Assembly (NCBI GenBank): GCA_964016885.1
Contig: OZ024741.1
Location: 327,422,001 to 327,486,000 of the forward strand
Direction of reading: 5' to 3'
Length of the DNA: 64,000 nucleotides
From: Eledone cirrhosa
Lineage: Eukaryota
The notes beneath the pieces were generated by a model that saw only the letters and a program-made list of their open reading frames with translations, searched no databases and was not told the DNA's origin. Both the position numbers and the translations under genes were made by a program. Positions 1-13,632 of this stretch are shown one piece after another. How positions within the stretch are numbered: the stretch's first letter is position 1; each line of letters opens with the position of its first letter.

Positions 1-385
1 ATGGCGTTACTCAAAAACGAATTGCAGCCATCCTATTCTCAGTTGTAAAGTGAGACCAGTGGTTGACTACCAGGCTGCTGTCAGAGATGCTGCTCATCAT
101 TCCTGTCAAGCATGTGGAAGAGAGTGTAGATCAGCAGGAGGGCTCAAACAACATACAAAGATACATGAATCCAACCACAGCCGGGTATTGCTAGTGAATG
201 TTTTGTTTAACACAGTGCAAGACATTTTAGATCATTGGCTGGGCTAAAATGCCACATTTGATCGCAGTACCGCTAATTATTAATACAAATGTTTTTTTTT
301 TTGTTTTGTTTTTTAATTATTCATATATATGTTTTTTTTTTCATGCAATGGTCATACTCGATAATGAGGGGGCAGTCATCATCAT
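1..385 (+). mobile_element. 3' end of an RTE-like LINE (degenerate, two C2H2 zinc-finger remnants) ending in an (ATGT)n tail
   Basis: Translation gives CQACGRECRSAGGLKQHTKIH, and another frame gives a second ..FRSLAGLKCH.. motif, typical of RTE ORF C-termini. The terminal motif tggtcatactcgataatgagggggcagtcatc (~347-380) is followed by (ATGT)n. Confidence 0.6.
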
Positions 386-437
386 GTATGTATGCATGTA
401 TGCGTGTGTGTGTGTATGTATATATGTATATATGTAT

Positions 438-1034
438 GTCAGTCACCAGTTGGTGCTACTGGTAACAAGTATCCCAGTACAACCTGACTCATGGTCGGGT
501 CGTTGGCGATGTAAACTGGCACCCCACCAAGGTTTCTTGGTGAGGAGGGTGACTTTGGACATCCTGCTGTACTAAAAACAAAACCTGTCAAAGGGCAAAG
601 GAGCTCTAAGAGTCATTGGCCATCCAAAATCACCGGGAGAGATGACACCTTAGCCTTTGTCAAGGCAGAATTCGAGGAGAAGGAAAACTCTGATATAACA
701 CACACCTGCAACTCTGATGGTATACAATGATGTTAACTTATTCTTCTTTTTGGTAAATATCATCTTGGTTAAGAGAGTGGGACTGGCTTTGTGCAGTGCC
801 TTTCTTCACTATAAAAGCTTCACGGCACAGGCATTGCTTTATATCTGGAGATCTCTCTGCACTTGTTGTCACGTGGTACCATGGGGCCAGCACTATGTGT
901 CAATAATTGTCACAAGTGTAGTGTTTCAAGTCGCTGGCTGGACTAAAAAGTCACACTCGTTCAGCGCATCGGTAGGAGTTCTCCTACATGGATATAAAGT
1001 AGTGGTCGTACTCGAAAACGAATTGGCAGCCATC
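438..1034 (+). mobile_element. ~600-bp non-autonomous, probably RTE-derived bipartite retroelement (SINE-like)
   Basis: High-identity copies lie on the minus strand at 37915-38368 and 38507-39177. It contains an RTE-5'UTR-like gaaggaaaactctga motif, its 3' end (ggtcgtactcgaaaacgaattggcagccatc) resembles the LINE end at ~347-380, and it is flanked by (ATGT)n. Confidence 0.7.
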
Positions 1035-1065
1035 ATATATGTACGTATGCATTTTTTTATGTATG

Positions 1066-1099
<34 letters not shown>

Positions 1100-1490
1100 T
1101 GCATTGTATGTATATTTATGTATGTATGCATATATGAATGCATGTATAGATCTATGTGTATGTTAGTAAGTGTGAAAGCTTGTGGCTTAGTGGCTGGGTA
1201 TGTTAATAAAGGGAGGAGCGCGGGAGTGCGTGCCTAATTTTTTATTTGTTCCCGTTTGTAAAATAAGTTGGGTTACTTTGAATAAATAATGAATGAATAT
1301 TACATAATTTATGTACTAAATTTCGTAACTATTTATTGAATATAATAATTGTTTTGCTTATTTTAAGATTCACCTTTTTAACATTTTCAAATGTCAACAC
1401 TCCGGTTCGCTTAGATAAACATTCATATATTTCCGTCGCTAATTTCCTCCTGATGCAGTTTATATATAATATCGTCTGTTTTTAATGTAT

Positions 1491-2327
1491 CATGGATTAC
1501 TTTACTGATTACAGAAGAGAGTGATCATGAATTACTTTACTGATTACAGAAGAGAGTGATCATGGATTACTTTACTGATTACAGATGAGAGTGATCATGG
1601 ATTACTTTACTGATTACAGAAGAGAGTGATCATGGATTACTTTACTGATTACAGAAGAGAGTGACCATGGATTACTTTACTGATTACAGAAGAGAGTGAT
1701 CATGGATTACTTTACTGATTACAGAAGAGAGTGATCATGGATTACTTTACTGATTACAGAAGAGAGTGATCATGGATTACTTTACTGATTACAGATGAGA
1801 GTGATCATGGATTACTTTACTGATTACAGAAGAGAGTGATCATGGATTACTTTACTGATTACAGAAGAGAGTGATCGTGGATTACTTTACTGATTACAGA
1901 TGAGAGTGATCATGGATTACTTTACTGATTACAGATGAGAGTGATCATGGATTACTTTACTGATTACAGATGAGAGTGATCATGGATTACTTTACTGATT
2001 ACAGATGAGAGTGATCATGGATTACTTTACTGATTACAGATGAGAGTGATCATGGATTACTTTACTGATTACAGAAGAGAGTGATCATGGATTACTTTAC
2101 TGATTACAGATGAGAGTGATCATGGATTACTTTACTGATTACAGAAGAGAGTGATCATGGATTACTTTACTGATTACAGATGAGAGTGATCATGGATTAC
2201 TTTACTGATTACAGATGAGAGTGATCATGGATTACTTTACTGATTACAGAAGAGAGTGATCATGGATTACTTTACTGATTACAGATGAGAGTGATCATGG
2301 ATTACTTTACTGATTACAGAAGAGAGT
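1491..2327. repeat. 35-bp minisatellite, ~24 copies (catggattactttactgattacag(a/t)gagagtgat-type unit)
   Basis: The tandem unit is read directly from the sequence. Copies are nearly identical apart from one A/T variant site. Confidence 0.97.
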
Positions 2328-2798
2328 ATAACACAGACTTCTTTCAATTTAATGTCTGTGCTTATTGTCAATTACGATTTCATTTGATGTATATATATAT
2401 TTGCGTATAATATCAATATGCACACTACACATGCTAGCAGAAAACCACCCAAAGTGTGGTTTTTCTGCTAGTTCTGCTTAAGTCATCATTTCCGGTGTCG
2501 CGTTGTGTGCTTGAACAAACGATTTTATTTCACACATCTATTTCACTTGGCTAAACTCGCAAAAAAATATATTAGCAGCAACTCAAAAATCCAGCCTTGA
2601 AACACACTGCCTCAAACTGAATCTCTCTGAGATATATATTTAATGTTCACATGGCTGTAAAATACTCAACCATTTGAAAGTTAATTTCAGTTTCAGTCTG
2701 CTCTTCCATTCGAAGAACTGGAACACTCATCGGCTGAACCGACGGTAGACCAACATGCACATTTATATGAATTTACTATAGTATAAATACACAAATAA

Positions 2799-2859
<61 letters not shown>

Positions 2860-3294
2860 TATGTCTGTTTATGTATGTGTAGTAATGGAAATAATTGGCG
2901 ACAACAGAAGAGTGATTATCGAAATTACTAATTTCCTCGCAGAGTTTTGATTTGGCCCCCAATGCACTAATCGAAATGTAGCACTTGTTTCTTGGGAATC
3001 AGTGAAACGATTTTCATTTTTCGTCTGTCTCTCAGCTTAATATACAATACACTCTCTCACCTAAATGAATTTGGATTCATGCCATGATATTCGGTCGAAG
3101 CTAATGCATTACATTGTTCGGTCATTTGTGGTCTACAGTGTTTGAATTGTATTGGAATTTCAAAATGTATTAATCTGGGGAATATTAAATTGTATGCTTT
3201 GAAAGCGTCGAAATATAATCTAAGTTCCAGAAATTTCGTTCACGAACATTGCCTGGGTCAATTTGCGATTGCCCTGCATGCATATACATACATC

Positions 3295-3348
3295 AGGAAA
3301 CAACACACCGCCCGGTCCGTGAATTGAACGCACAACCTTTCGATTGCA
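3295..3348 (-). mobile_element. tRNA-derived SINE head fragment
   Basis: The reverse complement tgcaatcgaaaggttgtgcgttcaattcacggaccgggcgg matches the SINE head at 4090-4180 and includes a B-box-like gttcaattc. Confidence 0.6.
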
Positions 3349-3435
3349 TATATGTATGTACGTATACATACATACTTACATTTAAGTATCAGCCGTACTA
3401 AAAGTGAGAAATGAAATTTCGTTTCACCCTTTTCC

Positions 3436-4086
<651 letters not shown>

Positions 4087-4089
4087 TTG

Positions 4090-4180
4090 TGTGTGAAGGC
4101 GATTGGCTTAGTGGTTAGAGCATTGGGCTTGCAATCGAAAAGTTGTGACTTCAATTCCCGGACCGGGTGATGTGTTTTTT
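4090..4180 (+). mobile_element. tRNA-derived SINE head
   Basis: A-box-like tggcttagtggttagagc and B-box-like acttcaattccc. A related copy is at 31090-31215. Confidence 0.7.
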
Positions 4181-4182
4181 CC

Positions 4183-4211
<29 letters not shown>

Positions 4212-4213
<2 letters not shown>

Positions 4214-4341
4214 GGAAAGGATTCGGGACCCCGACGGCTGAGCTCCGGCCATTTTGACAGCTATTACCCACTCTACTACCCTAAGTATCGAGTACTCTCG
4301 TGCGTTATGGTCCACCTGGTTTCTTACCGCACCTTCTTTGT

Positions 4342-4342
<1 letters not shown>
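4212..4342. mobile_element. Mini-derivative of the PLE family A terminus (inverted HHR-like head joined to tail)
   Basis: Matches terminal sequences at 31570-31710, 26137-26342 and 56541-56729. Flanked by (TA)n on both sides. Confidence 0.75.
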
Positions 4343-4374
<32 letters not shown>

Positions 4375-4659
4375 GTTTGCGTGTGTGTGTGTGTGTGTAT
4401 GTGTATGTGTGAGGAGATGGGCAGTTACAATAACAATGCATTCATCTTTCATTCAATTGTTTCATTGTGTGCGTTTGTCGGATATGTTTGACTCCTCAAC
4501 TTTTATTGACACAGGTTTGTAATGGATATATTCTTTTCCTTGGAATAGGAAAGAGTTCCCATAAGTGAAGTAAAAAGGGTAATACACATGAATAGATTGT
4601 ACGTTTGAAAGCGTATCTTTCACATTTTTTATTCATATATCTATTTATTTTTCTCCGAG

Positions 4660-5090
4660 ACTACCAATCGCAAAGATAGTGGCATTTATTAGCCAGTCGA
4701 TTTCCTTATTAGTTATTGGTTAGGTCATCAAAGTCCTTTCGTCACACATTCTGTGACATTCGCAACGACTGTTCGCTTCTGCGTCTCATCTTCTTCAAGG
4801 TCTGAATTTAATAAGAAACAGTACACACATAATAAAAGATAGTCCTAGCCCGAACAGAAAACATAAACAAAAACGAAATAGACACAAACAATGAAACATA
4901 CAAACACCCATACACACATAAAGCGAACATATACATGACAAACAGAAAGACACGGATGGACCACAATACAGACGTAACGATCGAGTAGGAGGTTAAGACC
5001 AGAAAGAAGAGAAGTTACGAAAGAGACCATATAGTCGTTGAGAAGGTCACAGAATGCGAGACGAAGGTATTTTGATGATCTAATGAATAA
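4660..5090. mobile_element. Degenerate PLE pLTR-like element with inverted arms (~4725-4775 / ~5030-5085) and decayed HHRs
   Basis: The motif gtcacagaatgtgtgacgaaa is shared with the PLE 3' regions at ~28000 and ~62220 and is present here in both orientations. Confidence 0.55.
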
Positions 5091-5894
5091 CGTGTAAAAA
5101 TGAAATTAAAAATCATACGTTGCGTGTGTTTGTTTTATTGGCAATACTGGCGATGGGCTCAGGCCCAAATATAACATTATTGATTTGAAGAACAAATCTC
5201 GTCAAAAATCTCGCAAAACAATACATAAAGGTATCCACAACTATCAGCGCATACTTATATATGAGTCTAAATCCGAAAACATTACTATTAATATTCTCAT
5301 TATTATTATTATATTTACTCTTATTGATATCATTTTACATATATGGTAACTGAACATTTTTCTGTGTGTGTGTGCTGTGAAAAAGCACGCGTATATTCAT
5401 ATCTAGCTGTTGAAACGGCGGAAGCACAGCCGTCGGGGTCCTGATTCTTATATATATATATCAATTAACGAGATATCGTTTAAGGTCATCCAAGTAGAGG
5501 TTATGATTACTCTGTATCGAGGATTGTTTTAACGTTCGGCCTTGTTTGAACCAAAAGAAGTTTCCTTAGTCGGGTGACCGATTTAAGAGAGTTCCTAGAT
5601 AAGCGGTTCTTGGTGTAATAATAGTAAATGAGTGAAGAATAACGTAGTCAACTGTACAATGGGGTTTATTCAAAGTATTAACAATTGTTTCATTAGTTCG
5701 GCGTGTATAAAAATCGCTATTCGCAAGATGCCACGTCACTCGATTTTAATTACAGTAGATATCCGACCAAATCACCAGAATACTGATCTGTGTACATGAT
5801 ACAGTGCACTAGTATTTATAGATAGATGAAAAAATAATATAAATGGAATGAAAGCAATAATAGTAATAAGTTGGAGGAGCAGAGATGAGGGTGA

Positions 5895-8800
5895 TATAGA
5901 TAAATTTCTTTATTAGCCACAAGGGCACAAAAGAAGGGAACAAATACAAATGGGGAGTTTACATACAGGTATATGAAAATAAAACTATTAATACAATAAC
6001 AAATAACAATTGAAATCCCCAATAGGGGGGAGGTGTTACACAGAGGTTGTACACACCCCGAAAAAATGTACAAGCCTCATCTCCTGGAGCACACAGAGTG
6101 AGTACTCCCTTCCTCTCTTCCTCTTTATCCTCAACTACAGGCTTATATAGAGAGAAGCCCCACCCACTCGGGCCATCTTTGCCACATTCACCCACCTTTT
6201 ATAAAATTTGCTGGGGTACAGCACATTTCTCTCTATCCTGATTCTTCTTCCAAAATGATATTTAAAGAAAAAAAACGAATCAGTTGCTCGCCGGAGAGAA
6301 AAGTGTCTGACCTCAGCCCTTTTAACCTCGTCCACCATATAACCTCTTTCACCATAGCCATAAAACATAGGAAAACCACCTCTCCCTCGTTTTTGAAGAA
6401 GGGTGGCGGTTTGATCATGATAGTGGACTCGGTGGTCAACTGGATTGGTCCCACCCGCGACAATAGTCGTTCTACATAGCCCCACAGGTCGGTAACACCC
6501 GGGCAGTGTACAAATGCGTGTGCAACGGTTTCCTCGTCGCGCACGCATCTCGGACATATCTTTTTCGAAGAGTCCCTACCCGGGCGCCCCTGTCTGTAGA
6601 GCTTGTCTCGAACTGGTAGAGCTCCTCGGTAGCACTGCCAGGCCAGGGACTTTTGGAAGTTGTCCATTGGTCCCGAGCGGAAGGTCCTACCGAACATACT
6701 GGCCAGTTCGTCCTCCTCTACGCCCAGAGTTTCTCGGAGCGTGTCGTCGCACTTGCTGCAGACCAACCTTCTATAGAATGTCGAAGTGGAGTCTCCACTG
6801 ATCGCCGGGTCTGTTTGGAGAGGACTGTGAGTCGTGGGAAGGCTCGCCTCACGAACGGGGCCCACACCGGTTGTCTGGTGAGGAATACGTGGATGTGCCG
6901 CAGCCTGAGCGCGTGTTTGCGCATCGTCAGCAACGGCATCCCCAGACATCCGTTTGAAGGGTGTTTGCAGCAGATGGATCTTCTCACCAAAGGAGCCCGT
7001 TTCTTCCAAAGGAATTGGAAGGGCGCGCGCTCCATTTTGGTAAGCGCTTTGGCTGGACAAGGCACAACGGTCAAGCGGTAGTAGATGACGGACTCTATAA
7101 AAGTATTCGCCACCTCCGCTCGACCTTTCAAGGATAGTTTGCACTCGGCACACTTCTGGGTGAGCGCAAACACCTTGGCCGTAACTTCGTTCTAGTTCTT
7201 CTCCACCTGGAGGTCCGGACCAAACCAGACCCCGAGCAGCTTTCCCTATCCTTCCGTCCAGCGTCCGACGACGTCATTGGAAGGCATCGGTTTGCCTCTC
7301 CACGTTCCGAGTTGCAAACCAACGGATTTGTCCCGGTTCAGCTTCGTTCCTGTGAACCTTTCGTATTCCTCCAGTAAGGTGCCGATCTCCCCGATTTGCG
7401 AAGTTCTCGACACCATTACTGTCACGTCGTCGGCGTAGGGCAACGCCGCTTTTCGTAGTCCCGGTTCCAAAGGGATGACCTGCAATAGCTCCAACCTCCG
7501 GAGTAGAGGCTCGAGAGTCAGTACGTACAGAAGGGAGGAGAGAGGGCATCCCTGTCGGATGGATCGCGTGATATGGAACGGCTCCGAGAGATGTTGTTGT
7601 TGTGCATTGCAGTACTCCAGCCCCTGAAGACGGGACCGAAGCCTGCCGCCTCGAGCACCGCATCTAGGTAACGATGGTCAATCCTATCGAAAGCTTTAGG
7701 CTGATCCAAGTTGACTAGAGCCCCACCGAAGCCGGGTTTACACCCTACCCTCTCTATGATGTATCGTATGAGGTGGAATTTGTCGTGTATGGACCTGGTC
7801 GGGATTGCGCATGTCTGCGCTTCTCCCACCAGATTTTCGACGACAAGCGCCAGCCTCTTTGCCAACACCTTGGCCAAAATCTGTAATTCTGTGTTGAGTA
7901 GAGTTATGGGCCGGAAGTTTCCTATGTCATCCCCCTTCTTCTCGTCCTTCCTGACTAACGTGATTACGCCCTTGATCACAGAACTGGGAATTCTCCCGTT
8001 CTGTTGCCAGTTGCAGTAGATAGCTTCCAGGAGACCGGAGAACAAGTCCGGCAGTGTTACGTAAAATTCGTAGGGTAGACCGTCGAGACCTGGAGATTTG
8101 CGTTTGCCGCAATGGCTCAGCGTGTCCCCTATCTCAGTGGCCGAAATCAGCCTTTCGGAGAAATTTGCCTAGCTGTCCGAGAGTCGCTGTAGGCCGTCGA
8201 GGTATGAACCGAAATCCATATCCCCTCCTGGCGCTCCGCCCTGCCAGAACAGTTGAGCAAAATGCCGCTGAAAGGCCGCACACATTTGCTTCGGCTCACG
8301 TATCACGCGTCCATCTTGGTCCTTCAAACACTGAATCGTGAACTTGTTGCCACTTTTCGCCTCCGTCACTCGGGCCCAGCTAACAGCTTTGACTCCCTCG
8401 TTTCCCAGAGCACGTATTTTGCTTCTGACAACGCAGCCTTCATGCTTTGCGTCAAAGAACTGGTCCAAGGCCGTTCTCGTCGCTAGCACGCTGGCTAAGT
8501 TGCCACTCCTAAGTGCCTCTTCTACTTTATCTACTAGTTCCTTTTCGGTCTTATTTCTATCTAACACCTATCGAGTCTAATCTAACTGCCCTCTTGAGAG
8601 AGTACCACCATCTGTTGTTGACAATGGCCCCCGTCAAGTGCTGCTTAACTAAAGTGCTAATCCGTCTACTGTAGGCTTTGCATGTCGGTAACGACAAGTT
8701 CAGCTTCCAGTAGCCGGGTCCCTGTCTAAGGGTTTTGTCAAGGTTGACTAAGCAGGTCACTAATTTGTGATCTGAATAGGCAACCATGAACATTTGTGGA

Positions 8801-9630
8801 CAGCTTAACATGTCCCTATCCTTCTTTCTAACTAGAACCCTATCTAGGTACGATCTAGATGTTCCGCTAGGATTAGTCCACGTCCACAGTGGCACAGTCG
8901 GAAAATCTAGTCGATATCTATCGGCCAGGTCAAATCGGCTGATTAACTGTTTGAGGCTGTTACACCCCCCTCTATCGGGACATGCTCCCACATAGTTCCA
9001 ACGTGCATCTAGGATTCCATTCCAGTAGCCCCACTAACAGCAGGGAGCGGGACGTTCCCAGAAAAGTCTCTAGACGTTTGAAGAAGTCTGGCTGCGGTGT
9101 CCCGGATGGGGCATATGCGGCCACGAGCCTGAAGGCTCCACCTTCACTACCGTCAACGACTAGGACCACCATTCGACCCTCCAGGTCCAGATGTACCGTC
9201 TGTGTTCCGAGGTGCAGGTGTTTCCGCAGCAAAACGGCAACCCGACCCCCACCTCCCAGCTGACAGAGGGATGCGTAGATCTCAAAGTCGTCGAAGATGG
9301 GGGCCAGTTGTCGCTCGCTGTGGATCCTGGACTCGCAAACGGCTACTACATCCATACTGTGCGACCTAAGGTCGTTTAAGAGTTTGCCCTGTTTCCAGGG
9401 CATCTCCAGGCCGCGTACATTTACACATCCAACTCTTATATTGGCCATGTTTGAGCTGAAAAGTTAAAAGAAGAGGAAAAGAAATCACTCACCTCTTCGT
9501 CTCCTGGGGACCAGGCTGCACGATTTCCATGCGGGTGTTGGAGGGGTTGTTTGGTGGGGGGGGGGGTCTCGTGCGGTGTGGGGACGGAAATGTTTGGTGT
9601 GGAGGGGTTGTCAGGGGGGTGGGGATGGGG
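5895..9630 (-). mobile_element. L1/Tx1-clade LINE, 5'-truncated, with ORF2 broken by stops and frameshifts
   Basis: ORF2 fragments occur in the expected order: APE endonuclease (NIRVGCVNVRGL, AYAP, LDRVLV, SDHKLV, GPGYWKLN), RT (FRPITLLNT, KAFDRIDH, YADDVT) and zf-RVT (CPRC..EETVAHAFVHC). AATAAA lies near 5910 on the minus strand. Confidence 0.93.
6200..9448 (-). pseudogene. Disrupted LINE ORF2 (APE endonuclease-reverse transcriptase-zf-RVT)
   Basis: ORF-track pieces 8972-9448, 8557-8991, 8169-8567, 7518-8045, 7246-7494, 6718-7173 and 6233-7153 are collinear. Confidence 0.9.
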
Positions 9631-9760
9631 AACAATTTCAAAAGGACGTGGTTATAGGGTTTGACTCAGGGGTTACCTACTTCGTTAGGAAATGTTTCTT
9701 TTAACTGTTTATGTGTGTCTATGGAGATCCTAATCATTTTAAGATTAGGATTCTCCGCAT

Positions 9761-9836
<76 letters not shown>

Positions 9837-11864
9837 AGAGAGAGAGAAAGAGAAAGATATGTACATGACTTATATAGCATTTTATAAATATATAAAATAA
9901 TATACTCCATGCATCATTTATGATATCAAAACATAAGTATCGTCCTTCTGTCTTTAATTGTATCTGAGGTTTTTTTTCTATAGATAAATAATACAAAACC
10001 ACACACAGACTCCTTCACACAAACAAACACACACGCCTATATATTTACTGTATATATGTTATGTACACTTGCTATGTAGTTATTGTCGTATGCTTCCTAT
10101 CTTATTAACCATTCACACAAACAATAAACCAGCTGCCGCCAAATATATATTCATCAAGAATTAAAATAAAATAGTTGCTACAGTTTCAGAGTGGTTAAGG
10201 TTAAACGTGTATAATTTTGTATTGTCTTGGCTAATTGTGATTTCTTCTGAAATCTGTAAAACTGAAGGAAGTATGGCTGTTATTTCTATCAAGTAGAATA
10301 GCTGCTTAGCTGATGATTTTTGGAGGAAACAATAATCAATGATGTACTAAAATATAATGCCCTGTACCACATACAACTGCATTAGAAAAAACATTATTGA
10401 AAATACTAACGGCAGCATGACTGCATTAAATTTAAATATTAAACTCTTTATTATTGTCTACTGTACATTTTTACAATAACCCATCAGTTAGTTAAGATAC
10501 TATAAAGATTTCAGTTAAAAAACCCTTTTCTAGATACTTTCTATTCAAATAATTACAGAATGTTAAGTGTTAATGACAGTTCTTCTGAAACAAAAACGTG
10601 TACACACATAAAGAAACAAGGCTTTCTATTAATCCTAGAATACTATAAATATTCAAGTAATTAAATATTTTCTTGGAAATAATATTTATAGGAAATTATA
10701 TTCATTGGATGACCTTGAGTTTAAAATGATAGCAATTCGGAATTCAACGATTCATTCAGAATGTCTACAAGGTGAAAATCATTTGGGACGTGGAACAACA
10801 TCATCGAATCATCAATGTCTCACTTGCTACATCACGACGGCTAGGTGTTGAAAGATTTTTGCATAATGTTTGTTATGGAAATTCCCACAGAAGATGCAGA
10901 AGATTTGTAATCGATGATAATTGAAGAAACAAATGAATTTATCGATTTTGAAGTTCTACCACACTGTTTGGAATTGTGAACTTGTGAACATTCGTATTAT
11001 AATGCAAGATACAAGACACGTTGCATTGTTTAAATTTTAGCTGACAGTAAGAGTACAATAAACACCAACGTTTCATTAACTTGCTTAATAAAATGTTTTC
11101 AATTCAACTTTTATATCATTGTGATAGGAGACAAGATATAAGATTACAGTTATTTATGTAACCTTCTATAAAATACAATAAATATTTAAAATATTCCCGA
11201 GAGACGAGTGCAGTAATCAATCTTTTATAGACAGTATATAAGAATTTAAGCAATGAGTTTCAATATATTGAAACATTAATAATGCTGAGAAATTTATTTG
11301 AAGATGTTTTTTTTACTTTCTAACAAACGATTTAATCGTAGTTGTTTTGTGTAGCGTCAAGAATGATGAACCCTTTCAAACATAAAACATACTTATTGTA
11401 TATTAAGTGCACCCTCGTAGATGTCGACCGTTCTGTCTCTAATCTCATTTGGCTTCGAATGGGCAGATGCATTGTATTAAATGCCTCAGTATTTGTACCG
11501 ATTTTCTACACCCAAATTTCAAATCTCAACCTGGTCAACTTGAGGCAGTGATTGGTGGAATGTTGTGATGGATGTTTTGTTGTATCTCCTCAGTCTCCAT
11601 GCTCTCTGAGTATAAATCTAACCTCTTGTTGAAAACTCATCATTTTCCAACTGAGTAACATGATAACGTGGCATAAATGCTCTTGCTCATGACCATAACT
11701 AGTCACCAGATACGAAAATCTAAATCATTAATTTATTATATTGAGCCCAGCCACCTAACCATTTGTCACTTGCCTTTACCGAACTGTTATATACGAAATG
11801 GTTCCAGGTCGACCAACAAATTAAGGGGAGGGAAAAGTTTAGTAAATCGCCCGCAGGGCGTTAC

Positions 11865-11992
11865 CGGTAATTTATTTATCGACGCCGTCATGATGAAATG
11901 CAAAGCTAACCTCTGCAGGATTTGAAATCAGAAAGCAAAGGGCCGTAATTATATGCCGCGATGATCTACCGATAAAACCATTCCACCGCCCT
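11865..11992 (-). mobile_element. Degenerate tRNA-derived SINE (octopus-type family)
   Basis: The sequence tttatcgacgccg..gatgaaatgcaaagctaacctctgcaggatttgaaatcaga is homologous to 46272-46462. Confidence 0.65.
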
Positions 11993-12916
11993 ATAACTAT
12001 TATATAAATACTGAATAATGAGAATAGCCTGGTTTACGATACAACATTACTAATTCTAAAATGTGATTATTTATTTTAAACTCTTTCATGCTAATTTGCA
12101 TGTTAAAACCTAGCTTTATAATGAGAATGTTAGTTATATCACCGAATCCCTTCAAATTCTTGATTATTTAAAAATATGTTTTAAAAGGACAGCGTTTTCC
12201 ATTAGACATATGTTATCGAAGGCATTAAGAGTGGTGTGACTTGTTGGCACGGCTAATTGAACCTCATTCATGAACAATAGTTTAACAGTAACTTTACCCG
12301 TAGTTCTGCTTAGGGTGCTTAAAGCAAATATTGCTATTAACCAGAACCACTAGACCAAACTAAACTTAGAATCAAAACAAAAGAGTGCTATAAAGACAGA
12401 GGGAGAGAGAGAGAGAAAGAAAACGTGAGAAATAAATAAAGTGGGAGCGAGAAGAGGAAGGAAACAGAACTAAAATGAATACAATTACATTTGAAATGTA
12501 ATGGCAATTCAACGATACGCGTGAAAGTAATTATGATATTTGTTCAATGCAATGTGAGAAAACTGAATGCGTAACGAAATCAACCTAACATGCTATTCTT
12601 TTATTAGTAAGGATCACAGGCATAGGAAACGGTCATCATTTTTTGTTTTGACCAGCTAATAGCAGGAGAAATGAAGTTCTTTTTAATGAAGCTAATTATG
12701 GGTACAAAACTCTATGCGCAATATCACATACAGCACCACATTGTTATTTAGTTCTTTTGTGTATTTTATTTTGATTATTTGATTATGTTCAAGCATATCA
12801 TGTTTTAAACAAAGCTATGTACCCCACTCCACCACCACAGGATTTCACCTTCAATGCAGTTATATCAAACTTTGTGTCTGGTTGGTCTCTCGTTTGTTTG
12901 TCTATTCTTCTCCCTG

Positions 12917-12965
<49 letters not shown>

Positions 12966-13557
12966 GAAGAGATAAGTATCATAACAAAGGAGGAGAAAAA
13001 AAAACTGTGATACAGTATAGTAGACGCCAATAGCCGAAGCAATGTGTGCTCAATGTTTAGGGGTGCAATGTTAAATATTATACAAATGTTAATATTTAAT
13101 GAAGATTAAGCACAGAAGGTAAGCAGAGCAAGTATATGCAGAATGAATGTAGGAGAAGGCAATACATAAAAAAAAAACTTTATATCCTAAACGGTGTTTC
13201 ATCTATACAATAACGAGTAACAGTTCACTCATATATATTTTTGTTACTTGTGCGCACGCATATACATTATTGTTAATGATATTCGTATAGAATCTTCAGA
13301 GAAGAATTCATCTTCATAAGCTATGCACATTGATGTATATTTACCTCTCCTTTAAAGGAATTTTTATCCAACGTATGCTTAGTTGGGCTAACCTTAAATA
13401 ACATCAAAATAAACAATTCTTTCTTCTCTGAAGATTCTATACTAATATCATTAACAACATTGTATATGCGTGCGTACATGCATATATATATATATATATA
13501 TATATAGAATAAGAAAAAGCGAAGTATTTTCAGATGTTAAAGTCCTTTAATGATAAT

Positions 13558-13632
13558 GCTGTGATACATATTTCAATGACGACAGTGGCCACAGGCTTCG
13601 GTGAGCCCAGTGCCGTGACATCATCAGACAGC
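13558..13632 (-). ncRNA. Type I hammerhead ribozyme motif (PLE-associated)
   Basis: Minus strand reads gcugu-CUGAUGA-[stem II ..acggca../..ugucgu..]-GAAA-uaugua-UC-acagc. Stem I is gcugu/acagc. Confidence 0.85.

Noticed and set aside
1491-2327. Possible CRISPR array (35-bp periodicity) or tandem hammerheads
   Set aside because: The units are contiguous with no unique spacers, there are no cas genes, and the context is eukaryotic. No CUGANGA/GAAA core pair is present.
2691-2736. CCGAUGA...GAAU hammerhead-like motif on the minus strand (similar weak cases at ~18495-18550, ~18690, ~49680 and ~63700)
   Set aside because: Multiple core mismatches or missing stems, so these cannot be distinguished from chance or advanced decay.
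4090-4180. tRNA gene
   Set aside because: It has only A/B-box-like segments without a full cloverleaf, and it recurs as a SINE head.
10700-12900. Relatively unique AT-rich sequence as a possible host exon or regulatory region
   Set aside because: No sustained ORF, recognisable domain or supportable motif.
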